A DNA stretch of 63,734 nt, the filler included, from Octopus bimaculoides (lineage: Eukaryota): the NCBI RefSeq assembly GCF_001194135.2. It is 7 parts of 6 records of this genome, joined end to end, with 100 filler letters (N's around TTAATTAATTAA, not from the genome) between each part and the next. Parts side by side here need not be neighbours in the genome. Positions count along the whole stretch, not along the records: positions 1 to 24,385 come from NC_068991.1; positions 24,486 to 46,019 come from NC_068983.1; 5 more parts are not named here. One strand, written 5' to 3'. Shown here piece after piece: positions 24,158 through 35,878 of this stretch. The notes below the pieces were generated by a model. The model had not been told where the DNA came from. It did no database searches and saw only the letters and a list, made by a program, of their open reading frames with translations. Within the stretch, counting starts at the first letter, position 1; every line of letters begins with the position of its first letter. Made by a program: the position numbers and the translations under genes.

Positions 24158-24385
24158 GTTAAAAGTAGCAATATAACACTAGATAAAGCCAATGAAATAA
24201 GAGAACTAGACGAAAGCCAACCATATAAGTATTTAGGAGTCAATGAACTAGATAGGATACAACATACACAAATGAAAGAAGAAATAAAGAAAGAGTACTA
24301 TAGACGAGTTAGATCAATACTAAAAACAGAGCTCAATGCTAAAAACAAGATAATGGGTATCAACACTTTAGCTGTCCCAGTTATA
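24156..24385 (+). mobile_element. R4/Dong-like LINE reverse-transcriptase thumb region, running into an assembly join
   Basis: IRELDESQPYKYLGVNELDRIQHTQMKEEIKKEYYRRVRSILKTELNAKNKIMGINTLAVPVI, an open frame starting directly after (TAA)n. Confidence 0.88.
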
Positions 24386-24485
24386 NNNNNNNNNNNNNNN
24401 NNNNNNNNNNNNNNNNNNNNNNNNNNNNNTTAATTAATTAANNNNNNNNNNNNNNNNNNNNNNNNNNNNNNNNNNNNNNNNNNNN
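24386..24485. other. Artificial assembly join (N44-TTAATTAATTAA-N44)
   Basis: An identical spacer embedded in N runs recurs at 46064, 49473, 57472, 59524 and 62199. Confidence 0.95.
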
Positions 24486-25104
24486 TATATATATATATAT
24501 ATGTGTGTGTGTATGTGTACTTCTCTCTGTCTGTCTTCCTATCTATATATATATATGCATACATAAATGTGTATGTACTGTATGTGTGCATGTGTGTGCG
24601 CGAGTGCACACACACATGCACCACATATACTTATTCGCATCCAGAAGAAAGTGAGTGCATACTTCTATTTGTTGGTGGCATCTTTCTCTCACTCCCCTCT
24701 TTGTTCTTCTAATCGTTCTTCTTTCTAATCGCTCTCTGAGGGAAGTAGAGGGGCATGGTGGTGTAGACTGTGTTATCAGTTGACACAGTTTATATACAAA
24801 GCAACGCTTAAAAGTGCCAAAAGTGTGCAGTTGAAGAAGTTGTAATACTGTTAATTATTAAAATATGTTTGAATATGTGTAACATGATGAATCGAATTGG
24901 CAGGTTGTATGTATGTATGTATGTATGTATGTATGTATGTATGTATTATGTATGTACGTATGTGTGTGTGAGTGACTGTGTATATATATATGTATATGTA
25001 TATGTGTGTGTGTATATATATATATATTCATACGTGTATATTCATACATGTATGTTCGCATCTGTGTATGAATGTATCTATATGTATATATACATATATG
25101 TATG

Positions 25105-25175
<71 letters not shown>

Positions 25176-25676
25176 ATATGTATGTATGTATATATGTATG
25201 TATTTATGTATGTATGCTGAATTTTCTATCACGGATCAGTACATTATATATATATATATATAACGTCGACCACTAACGTGGACAATTNNNNNNNNNNNNN
25301 NNNNNNNNNNNNNNNNNNNNNNNNNNNNNNNNNNNNNNNNNNNNNNNNNNNNNNNNNNNNNNNNNNNNNNNNNNNNNNNNNNNNNNNNNNNNNNNNNNNN
25401 NNNNNNNNNNNNNNNNNNNNNNNNNNNNNNNNNNNNNNNNNNNNNNNNNNNNNNNNNNNNNNNNNNNNNNNNNNNNNNNNNNNNNNNNNNNNNNNNNNNN
25501 NNNNNNNNNNNNNNNNNNNNNNNNNNNNNNNNNNNNNNNNNNNNNNNNNNNNNNNNNNNNNNNNNNNNNNNNNNNNNNNNNNNNNNNNNNNNNNNNNNNN
25601 NNNNNNNNNNNNNNNNNNNNNNNNNNNNNNNNNNNNNNNNNNNNNNNNNNNNNNNNTATATATATATATATATATG

Positions 25677-25716
<40 letters not shown>

Positions 25717-26108
25717 CATATATATGAATGTATGTATGTATATATTCAGTAGTGATGGTGGTGGTGGTGGTGGTGGGGAAACAATTTTTACATAAACACG
25801 CCTACATGACAGTAAGCAACTCCAGTCTTCTCTCCACCTTCACAACAACCTTCCTTGTAACTAAAAAATACTCCACCTCACATATGTGACATACATACTC
25901 ACAAACACACGCGCGTGCGCACACAGCTGTGCATGGGCGTAGCTAGGATTTCGATCTATGTTAGGGTTGGCTTCTTCAGATAATTAAAATGGATGCGCTA
26001 TTACCCGCCAAATTTGCATTCGTATGTTTATGTGTATTGCCCAAGGAGGTGAGGAATGTCCGCCAGAAACCTGGCGATCCTCCCCTGTATGTATGTATGT
26101 ATGTATGT

Positions 26109-26139
<31 letters not shown>

Positions 26140-26324
26140 TAAACACACACACACACCACACATACGTTTGTGTGTGTGTGAGTAGTATATACATACATTC
26201 TTGTAAATATAGACCGACACCTACATATAAATATTTATCCTTGCACGTTTATATACGATCACAGAGATATTAACTGTTCTCTTTCTTTTCTCTTCCTTTC
26301 ACCCTCTCAACCTTTCTCTCTCTC

Positions 26325-26386
<62 letters not shown>

Positions 26387-26865
26387 ATCTCAAATTAACA
26401 TATATGCACTTAAATAACATTCGCACAACACAGACACGCACACAAACACATACACACTCGCCATAGAAATGTTTAAGTAGACTGAAAATATACATTAATA
26501 CAAACAGGAAAAAATTAATCCAACAAAAAATAGGCACAAACTAAACTTGACAGCATATGTTACAGTTTGTTTGTTGATCGCAACAGCTTATAGTTCTTTC
26601 TTCATTTTTAGTGACATCGTTTCGTGTCGAACTGTATCTGGTAACTTTCTTTTAACATTTACATCAAATCATAAACATTTTGGAGGATAAAAAAAAAAAA
26701 ATGAAACACAACACTAAATTATTAAAGCAGTGTATAGTAAAAGGGTGTTATGTGGAATTTGGGGAAACATAAATAGAGATATAGGAAGAAATAGATCGAT
26801 GTGATAGTAGGGAAAATAGAAAGCAAGAAGACAGAAAGAAAAAAAGAAAAGAGTGAAAACTCGTT

Positions 26866-26885
26866 TACACGCGCGCGCGCGCGCG

Positions 26886-26923
<38 letters not shown>

Positions 26924-26950
26924 CACACACACACGCGCACAAACACACAC
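26866..26950. repeat. (CG)9-(CA)n alternating purine-pyrimidine tract upstream of the first calpain coding exon
   Basis: Read directly from sequence: (CG)9 at 26870-26887 followed by (CA)n. Confidence 0.9.
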
Positions 26951-27130
26951 GCATTCATATGTATTCAGTTGTATTTTAAAAAGTGTCGTTAAAGATATTG
27001 TATTTCTTTCCTTCCCCGTCAGTATAATGATCGTTGGTATTTCCTTTTGACAGTTTACCAGCAGATACTGTAACTGGACTACTTTTAAGCAGACGACAAA
27101 TAGAACGAAGGCGAGAAAAGACACGTCAAA

Positions 27131-27280
27131 ATGAGTCGGGAAACACACGATAGTTATAAGAAAATACGGGACCAGTGTTTTAAAGATGGAAAGCTGTTTG
27201 AAGACAAAGATTTCCCGGCCAATTATCGGTCTCTTATGCAAAGAGGTATTAACCCTAACATTACCTGGAAACGGCCTCAC
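27131..27280 (+). CDS. Calpain (CysPc family cysteine protease), first coding exon
   Basis: Translates MSRETHDSYKKIRDQCFKDGKLFEDKDFPANYRSLMQRGINPNITWKRPH, matching the calpain N-terminal Y..IR..C...LFED..FPA...WKRP pattern. ATG is in CAAAATG context with an in-frame TAG upstream at 27101-27103. Donor CAC|GTAAGT at 27281, phase 0. Candidate acceptor TTCCTTTTGACAG ends at 27053. Confidence 0.93.
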
Positions 27281-28656
27281 GTAAGTTGTTCGATTTTCTA
27301 TGCTTTTATAACTATAAATATTGACCCCTCCCCTATTTCCTTCATTCCACTTGCATGATAACAGTCACGAAACCCACCAAACGACAAGCGTTGTCGTTAT
27401 TGTCCTAACCAGCACGGCCATCACCGTCGCCACCATCAACCACCAACACCATCATCGTCCCTATTCTCGGTGCATATTTACTGTCAAGCTTATCTTCTTG
27501 CATGCAAACGTGTCTCTGTGAATGTGCATGCATGACAGTAGATGACATTTGTTTTTTCTCTGAATTTTTGAGATGACGTTGTCATTATCATAACATTGAT
27601 ACAAGGCACCGGACAAAATGTTTAGCAGTATTTCTTCCGACTCCTTACGTTCTGAGTTCAACTTCTGCCGAAGCCGACTTTACCTTTGATCCTTTCGGAG
27701 TCGATAAAATAAGCACTTGCTGAACAGAGATGGTCATTGTAATCGACTTGCCCCTTTCAAAAGTTCAGGTCTTGCGCTAAAATTTGAAACAATATTGTAC
27801 GGTGATATAATGCGGCATGCTGGCAGAATCGTTAGCACATCGGACGAAATGTTTAGCAGCATTTCTTCTGGCTCTTTACGTTCTCAGTTCAAATTCCGCT
27901 GAGGTCAAATTTGCCTTTCATTCTTTGGGGTTCAGTAAAATAAGTATCAGTTCAGCACTGAGGTCGATGTCCCTTTCGTAAAAATTCCTGATCTTGTACC
28001 AAAAATTTAAACCATTATTACACATTGATATAAGGCGGCGAGCTACTAGCATTATTAGCACACCGGACAAAATGCTTAGCGGCATTTCGTCTGTCCTTAC
28101 TTCCCGAGTTCAAACAATACGGAGGTCGACTTTACCTTTCATCCTTTTGGGATTGATAAAATAAGTATCAGTTAAGCATTGGGGTTGATGTAATCAACTA
28201 GACCCTTCCCCACCTCACAATTTCAGGCCTTGTGCCAGCAAAAGAAACGATTATTAGACATTGATATATTTACACTTCATCCTTTCGTGTTCGACAGACA
28301 AAAAGAAAAAAAAGTGCCCACCTAAGCCGTGGGTTGGCGGAAATGCTAGGTTAAAGGGCCAGGCAAGATGCTTTGCGATGTCTATTCCAGCTCTTTGTGT
28401 TTTGAAAGGAACGTCTACAACGACATTGGTATCGGGCTGTATTGGTCCAAGTTGACTGCGTCTTCCTTATATAAATAAACATGGGTATCGTAGAAAGAGT
28501 TTTCAGAGTTAAAGATTTTCATGTTAACTCTCTGTAAACCAGCCATGGATATAACACCAGAGTTGTCTCCCGTGCTTGCCGACCGATTCGGAACAACACT
28601 AATTATCAACTAATATTGCTTTTTAGCCCTTGTCTGATATTGTATTATTGACTAGT

Positions 28657-29034
28657 GTGGAGGCGCAATGGCTCAGTGGTTAGGGCAGCGGACTCGCGGT
28701 CATAGGATCGCGGTTTCGATCCCCAGACCGGGCGTTGTGAGTGTTTTTTGAGCGAAAACACACGAGGCTCCGGCAGGGGATGGTGGCGAACCCTGCTGTA
28801 CTCTTTCACCACAACTTTCTCTTACTCTTACTTCCTGTTTCTGTTGTGCCCGTAATTCAAAGGGTCAGCCTTGTCACACTGTGTCACGCTGAATATCCCC
28901 GAGAACTACTTTAAGGGTACACGTGTCTGTGGAGTGTTCAGCCACTTGCACGTTAATTTCAGGAGCGGGCTGTTCCGTTGATCGGATCAACTGGAACCCT
29001 CGACGTCGTAAGCGACGGAGTGCCAACAACAACA
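28657..29034 (+). mobile_element. tRNA-derived SINE family B, full length with 11-bp TSD
   Basis: A box TGGCTCAGTGG, B box GTTTCGATCC, (CAA)n tail, and TSD TATTGACTAGT at 28646-28656 and 29035-29045. Other copies at about 11243-11617(-), 49529-49885(-) and 50889-51191(-), plus a fragment at about 18340-18440. Confidence 0.92.
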
Positions 29035-30799
29035 TATTGACTAGTATTGCTTTTAGCCCTTATATTATTGTTTTTCCGCGGCGTCTTTTACCTGTTTCAG
29101 TCATTAGACTGCGGCCATACTGGGGCACAACCTTGAAGAATTTTTAGTCAAATGAATCGACCCTGTTCTTAATTTCTCTTAAGCCTTGTACTTAATATAT
29201 CGATACTTTTACCGAACTGCTAAGTTACGGACACGTAAACACACCAACACCGGTTGTCAAGCGGTGATCACACACACACACACACAAATATATATTCGAC
29301 AGGCCGTTTTCAGTTTCCGTCTGCCAAAGCAACTGACAAAGCTTTGGTCGACCGGAAGCTATAGTAGAAGACGCTTGCCCAGCGTGCCAAGCAGTGAAAC
29401 TGAACCCGGAACCATTTGGTTGGGAAGCAAACTTTTTACACCACACAGCTACGCCTGCGTAATAATTTATTATCGAATTTTTTTTGTTGCTACCCACAAT
29501 AAATATACTAACATTCACCTCATTGATTGTTGGCTGATTTTAAGATCCACGTCTTTCTCCCGTCATCCGTTTTACATCTCTAGTAAGGTACTATTGTCAT
29601 ATTTTATATTCACAAGAAGTCTCTCAGATAGATTGGATGCCAAAGATTATTAAGATGTGGATTATCGATTTATTGCTTTGGAGCTGAGTATCATTAGCAA
29701 CTTTACAGATGTTGGTTCCCCATTTTTTTTTTTTTATCAAAATGGATTCATCATTGTTTCTAGAAGGTTTTTAAAGCGCTTCTTAAAGCATTATGAATGC
29801 TTTATAAATATTTCATTCAGAAGTTGGTCACCCATAGAATAGGTCTGTCTCGAGTCCTAGGATTCATAAAACACCAACTTCACCTGGTCTCCATAGCTCA
29901 TAAGTTACTGAAATTACAACATTACCTCTTGAACGGGATGCCATTCCGTCGTAGGGTTAACTTCCCAGCTATTGATGGAATTTATTAACGGCTGAATGGA
30001 CTGGAATAATGTGAAACGAAGTGTTTTGCTCAAGAACAGGAAGAATGGAATTTCAACCATGTTTCGTGGTTTGCTACCACAACAGCTCCTTTATAGGATC
30101 CAGTTAGCTCAAGACATCATCAGGAGGAACCACGTCCGGTTTCGGCCCCTACTTCTCTACCGTTTTGACGTGGCGGGGCCACCCCCTTTCGGAGGTGTCT
30201 TCAGCTCTGGTGTTGGGAGCATGTCTTCTTTCACTGTTTGTGACTGTTCTAATTCAACTGTAGAATGTCTCTCGCTATGGTTATTTTCCAGGAGGTTCTG
30301 GCCACACGTCTTACGGTTCATCAACCCGCGTTGTTGAATTACTTTCTTCCGACATACCTTCCCTTGGTCTAGGAATCTTACGATCGCGAGTATATTACTC
30401 TAACCTTCGCTCACCTGTAGAATATTACACTAAAACTTTAGCCGTCACCAGGCTTGCACAAATAATATTAGGTGCCTATATAAAAGCAAGCAGACACAGA
30501 TACCCTCTCAGCTCTCCTGGGTGCAACAGCTGGAGGAAGAAAGAAGGACCTCTACAAGTGCTCGGTTGGTACTCATTTCAGGAGTTCAATTACAGCTGAG
30601 TAGATAGGAGCAACGTGAAATGAAGTGTTTTGCTCACAGACACAACGTTCTGCTCCACCCGTTGCCGGAATCGAATTTACGACACCCTGACCGTGAGCCT
30701 AATACGCTAACCAGTCGGCCACGCATCACATCATAGACTGTAAATAGACTACTTATTACGTCAAACTTGAAAATAATTCTATAACATTAGGCGTATATA

Positions 30800-31197
30800 G
30801 GCGTAGGTGTGGCTGTGTGGTAAGTAGCTTGCTTACCAACCACATGGTCCCGGGTTCAATCCCACTGCGTGGCATCTTGGGCAAGTGTCTTCTACTATAG
30901 CCTCGGGCCGACCAAAGCCTTGTGAGTGGATTTGGTAGACGGAAACTGAAAGAAGCCTGTCGTATGTATGTATATATGTATGTATGTGTGTATGTGTTTG
31001 TGTGTCTGTCTTTGTCCCCCCAACATCGCTTGACAACCGATGCTGGTGTGTTTATGTCCCCGTAACTTAGCGGTTCGGCAAAAGAGACCGATAGAATAAG
31101 TACTAGGCTTCTAAAGAATAAGTCCTGGGGTCGATTTGCTCGACTAAAAGGTGGTGCTCCAGCATGGCCACAGTCAAAAGACTGAAACAAGTAAAAA
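30800..31197 (+). mobile_element. tRNA-derived SINE family A (internal microsatellite), full length
   Basis: A box (TGGCTGTGTGG), B box (GGTTCAATCC), CTTGGGCAAG core-like motif, internal TA/CA repeat, and tail GACTGAAACAAGTAAAA. Other copies at about 1068-1450(-), 1480-1630(-), 2520-2750(+), 12325-12530(-), 16030-16220(+), 29090-29460(-), 35255-35640(-), 36705-36985(+), 37040-37290(-), 46975-47150(+), 47895-48130(+), 51845-52160(-), 53140-53345(-) and 60340-60742(-). Confidence 0.9.
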
Positions 31198-31824
31198 AAA
31201 ATAGTATTGAATTCTGTAACATTAGGGGACGGAATTAATTACTGTAAGGTTTCTCCACCGGTTTTGTACTTTTTTTTAATATATAACCACTACACAGACT
31301 TTTGTAGTAGGGATGTCTAAAGTTTCTTAAACTTACACCACACAGTTGAGCTCGAGCTCGGTATATAACTGGTGCTGATTTCATTCGTCACAGAAAGAAA
31401 CAAGACGTGAACCATTTTTGACACAGCCGGTTGTGATTTGAGGTAAATTTAACCACTATTTATAGCATGTAGAGGTTTCTTTGTTAACTTAACCTTTTTG
31501 CTATTCCCCAAGGCGAAGTCTGAAGTAATGGAAAGTTGTAACAAATCGTCAAGCCATAAGTAATTTAGTTATTCAGCATTACTAAACATCTACATTAATG
31601 AAGATTTAGTGAAAATTTTCAGTGGTTGATGCGAAAGAAAGACATTTTTGTCAATCATTTTGTTGGGAGTTTTGTAGAATCTGATAAAGACTATGATATG
31701 GCAATCTAAGAGTGTCTTCATGAAACTGTTAACAAACGAATGCTGACACTGCGAGATGGATTGGTAGATAGATAGATAGATCGAGAGAGAGAGAGGGAGA
31801 GAAAAAGAGAGAGAGAGAGAGAGG

Positions 31825-31870
<46 letters not shown>

Positions 31871-32369
31871 GAGAGAGAGAATAAATGAAAAGACAGAGAA
31901 TAGATGAGAAAATGAGAGGAAAGAGGGTAGATGGAGAGAGAAAGAGAGTGAGAGAGAAAGAGAGTGAGAGAGAAAGAGAGTGAGAGAGACGAAGTGATGG
32001 AGAGCAAACGAAAAGATATAAATGACAGAAAGAGAGAGAGAGAGAGAGAGAGGAAAGAGGGTAAACGGGGAGAGAGAGAGAGAGAGAGGAAAGAGGGTAA
32101 ACGGGGAGAGAGAGATGAAGTGACAGAGAGCAAATGAAAAGATAGAGAATAGATGAGAGAAAACGAGAGGAAAGAGGATAAATGAAGAGAGAAAGAGAGA
32201 GAGAAAAAGAGAAAAAGAGAGAGAGGAAAGAGGGTAACTGGAGAGAGGAAGAGAGAGAGAGACAGAGAGACAGAGGAAAGAAGGTAACTGGAGAGAGAAA
32301 GAGAGAGAGAAAAGAGGGTAGATGGTGAAAGAAAGAAAGAAAGAAAGAGAGAAAAAGAGAAAGAAAGAA

Positions 32370-32410
<41 letters not shown>

Positions 32411-34320
32411 CAAGTGAGTAGGGTAAATAATAAATAAGACTAGAGGAATTATATAAAACGAGAAAAGGAAAATAAGTTACATACATGCAATAACGCATAC
32501 ATACACACACACATACATACACACACATACATACATACATACACACATACATGCATACATACATACATACACACATACATACATATACACATACATACAC
32601 ACATACACACATACATACACACATACATGCTTACATACATACATACACACATACATACATATACACATACATACAGACATACACACATACATACACACAC
32701 ATACATACATACACACATACATACATACACACATACATACATACACACATACATACAGACATACATACATACAGGCATGCATGTATACACACACACAGTT
32801 ACTGAAAATGTGACGCGTAGTGGTTAGGGGTACGGGTTTTACGATCATAAGGTCATGCGTTCGGTCCCTGGGTTAGGCAATGCGTTAAGTTCTTGAGCAA
32901 GACACTTCGTTTCACGTTGCTTTGGTCTACTCTGTTTTAAATGAATACCAGATTAGTTCCAGACGGATTATGTTCTAAGAAGGAACGATCCGTGTGGAAC
33001 CAGTGAGTTTGGACGCAACATGAACAAGAAGTGAAGACGAATGTGTCTGGAGTACCTGAGTAATATATTTCGATGTCTCAGTTAATCAGCATTGGCGGAT
33101 GGCAGAAATAGTTGGGCGTCGAAGAAAATGATTTAAAATATTTGATTACGTCTCTTTATGTCATTTTGTTGTCTAGCTTCAATAGTTTCTGACATAGCAA
33201 AGTGGAAACTAAAGCAAGCAATCTATCAAGCAAACAAACGTGAAAAACAGTGGCACGACTTTTCTTCACTATTTTCGACTCAGGGCTGTCTTTTCTATTT
33301 ATTTCCAGTTCGCTTCTTGCATTTTCAGCCCCTTTTCAGTATCTCGTCTCCAGCTATTTTAGGGCGTCTTCTCTTCCGCCTCCCTGGCGAGCTGCAAGTC
33401 AGGGGCTGACGCATAATGTAGTATGTTGGTTTTCTTTCGGATTTTGCTGCACTGCCTCGTGTGTTTCCCTGAGGGAAAGCCTTTCTCACCCAGGTTTTGT
33501 TACTTTGAATTGTCCTTTTGAATTATAGGTAGGGCTGCTGGCCCTACAAAAATTCGCTTTTATCTCTGCAAAAAGGTTGGTCCGTATTTTTTTTGGCCTC
33601 TGTCCTTTAACCTGTCTATTATGGGAGGCCCTACCCGAGCTTCCGCTCCGCTGGCATAATTCTCATCGAGGCATAGGAGCCACCGTACAGCAACAAGGAC
33701 TGGACCTTGGGGTGGGCTGGATACACCAGATGAAAGAAATGAAGGGAAAGGTGCACACACACACACACACACACGCACACACACACAATGTTATTGTTAC
33801 AGAGAAAAGCTTCCATCCTTTGTTTGAAATCAAACACAAGTAAAGCAAATAATATTCCGAATAATACACAGCAAATAGATATTCTCAATTCTATGTGTAC
33901 CATTATCGTCTGTTGTGCAACAAAATAGACCGCCACCAATATTTGCTAATTCATATAAGCTTTCTGAAGTGTATTGGTAAAAAAAAAAAAACTCGTTCAT
34001 TTAGCCTTATACTGTGGTTGCTCTACCTGCTAGAAATAGTTGCAGAATATACTCCAGATCATACCCTACTATCTTAAAAATGGAAGGCACACTGTATAAT
34101 GTACTCCTGAATAAAAAGTATGTCCGAAACGCCAGACTAAAAGGTAAAGTAATAAGTCGAGATGTTCACGGATGGGACGTCTTTGATCTTAGGTTTGCTG
34201 GATCAAGGCTAACCTAGTGTTAAACAACAACACCAACAACAGTAAATAGTCTAAAATCTCCTCTTATGTATGTATGTATGTATGTATGTATGTATGTATG
34301 TATGTATGTATGTATCTATC

Positions 34321-35230
34321 CGTGGTATGATCAATAAGTATCCGGACTGTTGCCATAATAACGAAGTTAAAGCACGCAGAATGAAGCCGCTTGGCACATA
34401 TTGACCTTGAACTCAGCTCTGCATGCGCACTAAGTTTTAACGTCCTAGCTCACTTTTCTGTTTACAGCAGTGTTTGGAAGGAAGGTGTGTAGCGTGTGAT
34501 CGTCGCATTGACCATAACAGAATGAGTTGAGCAGAGAATCTGCGTCAAATTTTGTCAAAAGCTTAGCGATACTTGCTCAGAGGCCTACCCAAAGTTTTCA
34601 AAAGGTTTTCATCCTTCTCGACATAATCAAGGAGACCTTGTGCAACTAAAACCCGAGTGTTTCTTTGGTCAGCTGAAAGCAGTTTTGGCACAAACTTGGT
34701 AGACAACTTGGTATACCTAAATCTTCAGTGATAATGGACTGAACTGAACCGTAACTAATCTGAGGCATTGGAGTCACCATCCATGAGTTATCAGATAACT
34801 CACGGATGGTGATTCGACGATTTTCTCTCACAGCTGTACCACATATGCGATGTTTTTCTCAGTTCTGCTGGTTGCGGGTCTCCCAGAACGTTTGTTAATA
34901 TCGACATGTTTACGGTCATTTTAAAAATGTCTGAACCACTCGTACACGTGCCTACGGCTCATACACTCCTCTCCATACACTTTCTGCAACATCGCGCAGG
35001 CCTCCGAGCAGGTGTCGCACTGACAACTTTCTCTGTCATGGTCAATGCGACGATCACACGCTACACACCTTCCTTCGAAGCACTGCTGTAAACAGCAGAA
35101 GTGATCTTGAAAGTTAAAACTTAGTGCGCATGCACGGCAGAGTTGACTCTGCTTCGCTCTGCGGCTTCACTCTGCGTCCTTTAGCTTCGTTACTATGGCA
35201 ACAGTCCGGATACTTGTTGGTCAAACCTCG
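34321..35230 (-). mobile_element. Mariner-derived fold-back element (two 5' ends), copy 1
   Basis: TIR CGAGGT(C/T)TGA(T/C)CAA(T/C)AAGTATCCGGACTGTTGCCATAGTAACGAA with TA at the right end. The minus strand encodes a frameshifted transposase N-terminus (VYEWF, SGRP, RRITIREL, ISYGSVQSIITEDLG, FVPKLLSADQ). The left arm repeats the start of the same ORF on +. Confidence 0.88.
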
Positions 35231-35391
35231 TATACATATCTTTTACTGTTGGAGGCTGAGTCAAATGAATCGGCCAGGTATTTATTTTCTTTTAAGCCTG
35301 GTACCTATTCAATCATTCAATTTTGCCGAACCGCTAAGTTACGAGGATATAAACACACTAACACCGGTTGTGAAGCTGTGGTAGAGGTCAA

Positions 35392-35481
<90 letters not shown>

Positions 35482-35656
35482 CGGGCTTCTTTCAGTTTCC
35501 GTCAACCAAATTCATTCACAAAGTTTTGGTCGGCCCGAGGCTATAGTAGAAAACATTTGCTCAAGGTGCTACGCAGTGGGATTGAACCCGGAACCATGTG
35601 GCTAGGAAACAAAGCTTCTTACCACGTAACTACACATGCGCCTTATATAATATATA

Positions 35657-35878
35657 CAAGGGGGTGCTGAAAATGTCCTGGCCTTAAGGGTGTCGCGAAA
35701 GGCTTGGTTGGAGGCTCAACCTTCCGAATGTTTTTTAAAAGGCTTAGAAAAACTGAAGGACTGCTGCAATAAATGTGCGAATCTGAGAGGGGAATATGTT
35801 GAACAAAATCATAATTAACTGATCCTCCTGTATTTTCTTATACCCAAATCCTGGAACTTCTCAGCTCCCAACTCCTCG
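35657..35878. mobile_element. Short mariner-type MITE; related copy in opposite orientation at about 52556-52790
   Basis: Degenerate TIR TA-C(A/G)AGGGG..GCTGAAAAGTTCCTGG. The shared internal sequence GGAGGATCAGTTAATTATGATTTT(A/G)TTCAA is also seen at 52611-52640. Confidence 0.6.

Noticed and set aside
24430-24441. Recurrent palindrome TTAATTAATTAA (also at 46064, 49473, 57472, 59524, 62199) that could look like a repeat array or recombination site
   Set aside because: It is always embedded in N runs as a fixed 100-bp unit and has stops in all frames, so it is an assembly spacer and not biology.
28657-28730. tRNA-like A/B boxes in many repeats
   Set aside because: These are SINE heads: there is no complete cloverleaf and each continues into a shared SINE body. 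Only 6509-6581 is a true tRNA.
30150-30215. Minus-strand CTGAAGA followed by a GAAA-capped hairpin
   Set aside because: The GAAA is the loop of the stem rather than following it, so hammerhead topology is not met. The region may be a decayed LINE 5' part, which I could not confirm.
31590-32848. Long ORFs (up to 344 aa) rich in VCMY/LSLS/HTHT, here and throughout the track
   Set aside because: They are translations of CA, TATG, GA and TA microsatellites that lack stop codons, with no domain content.
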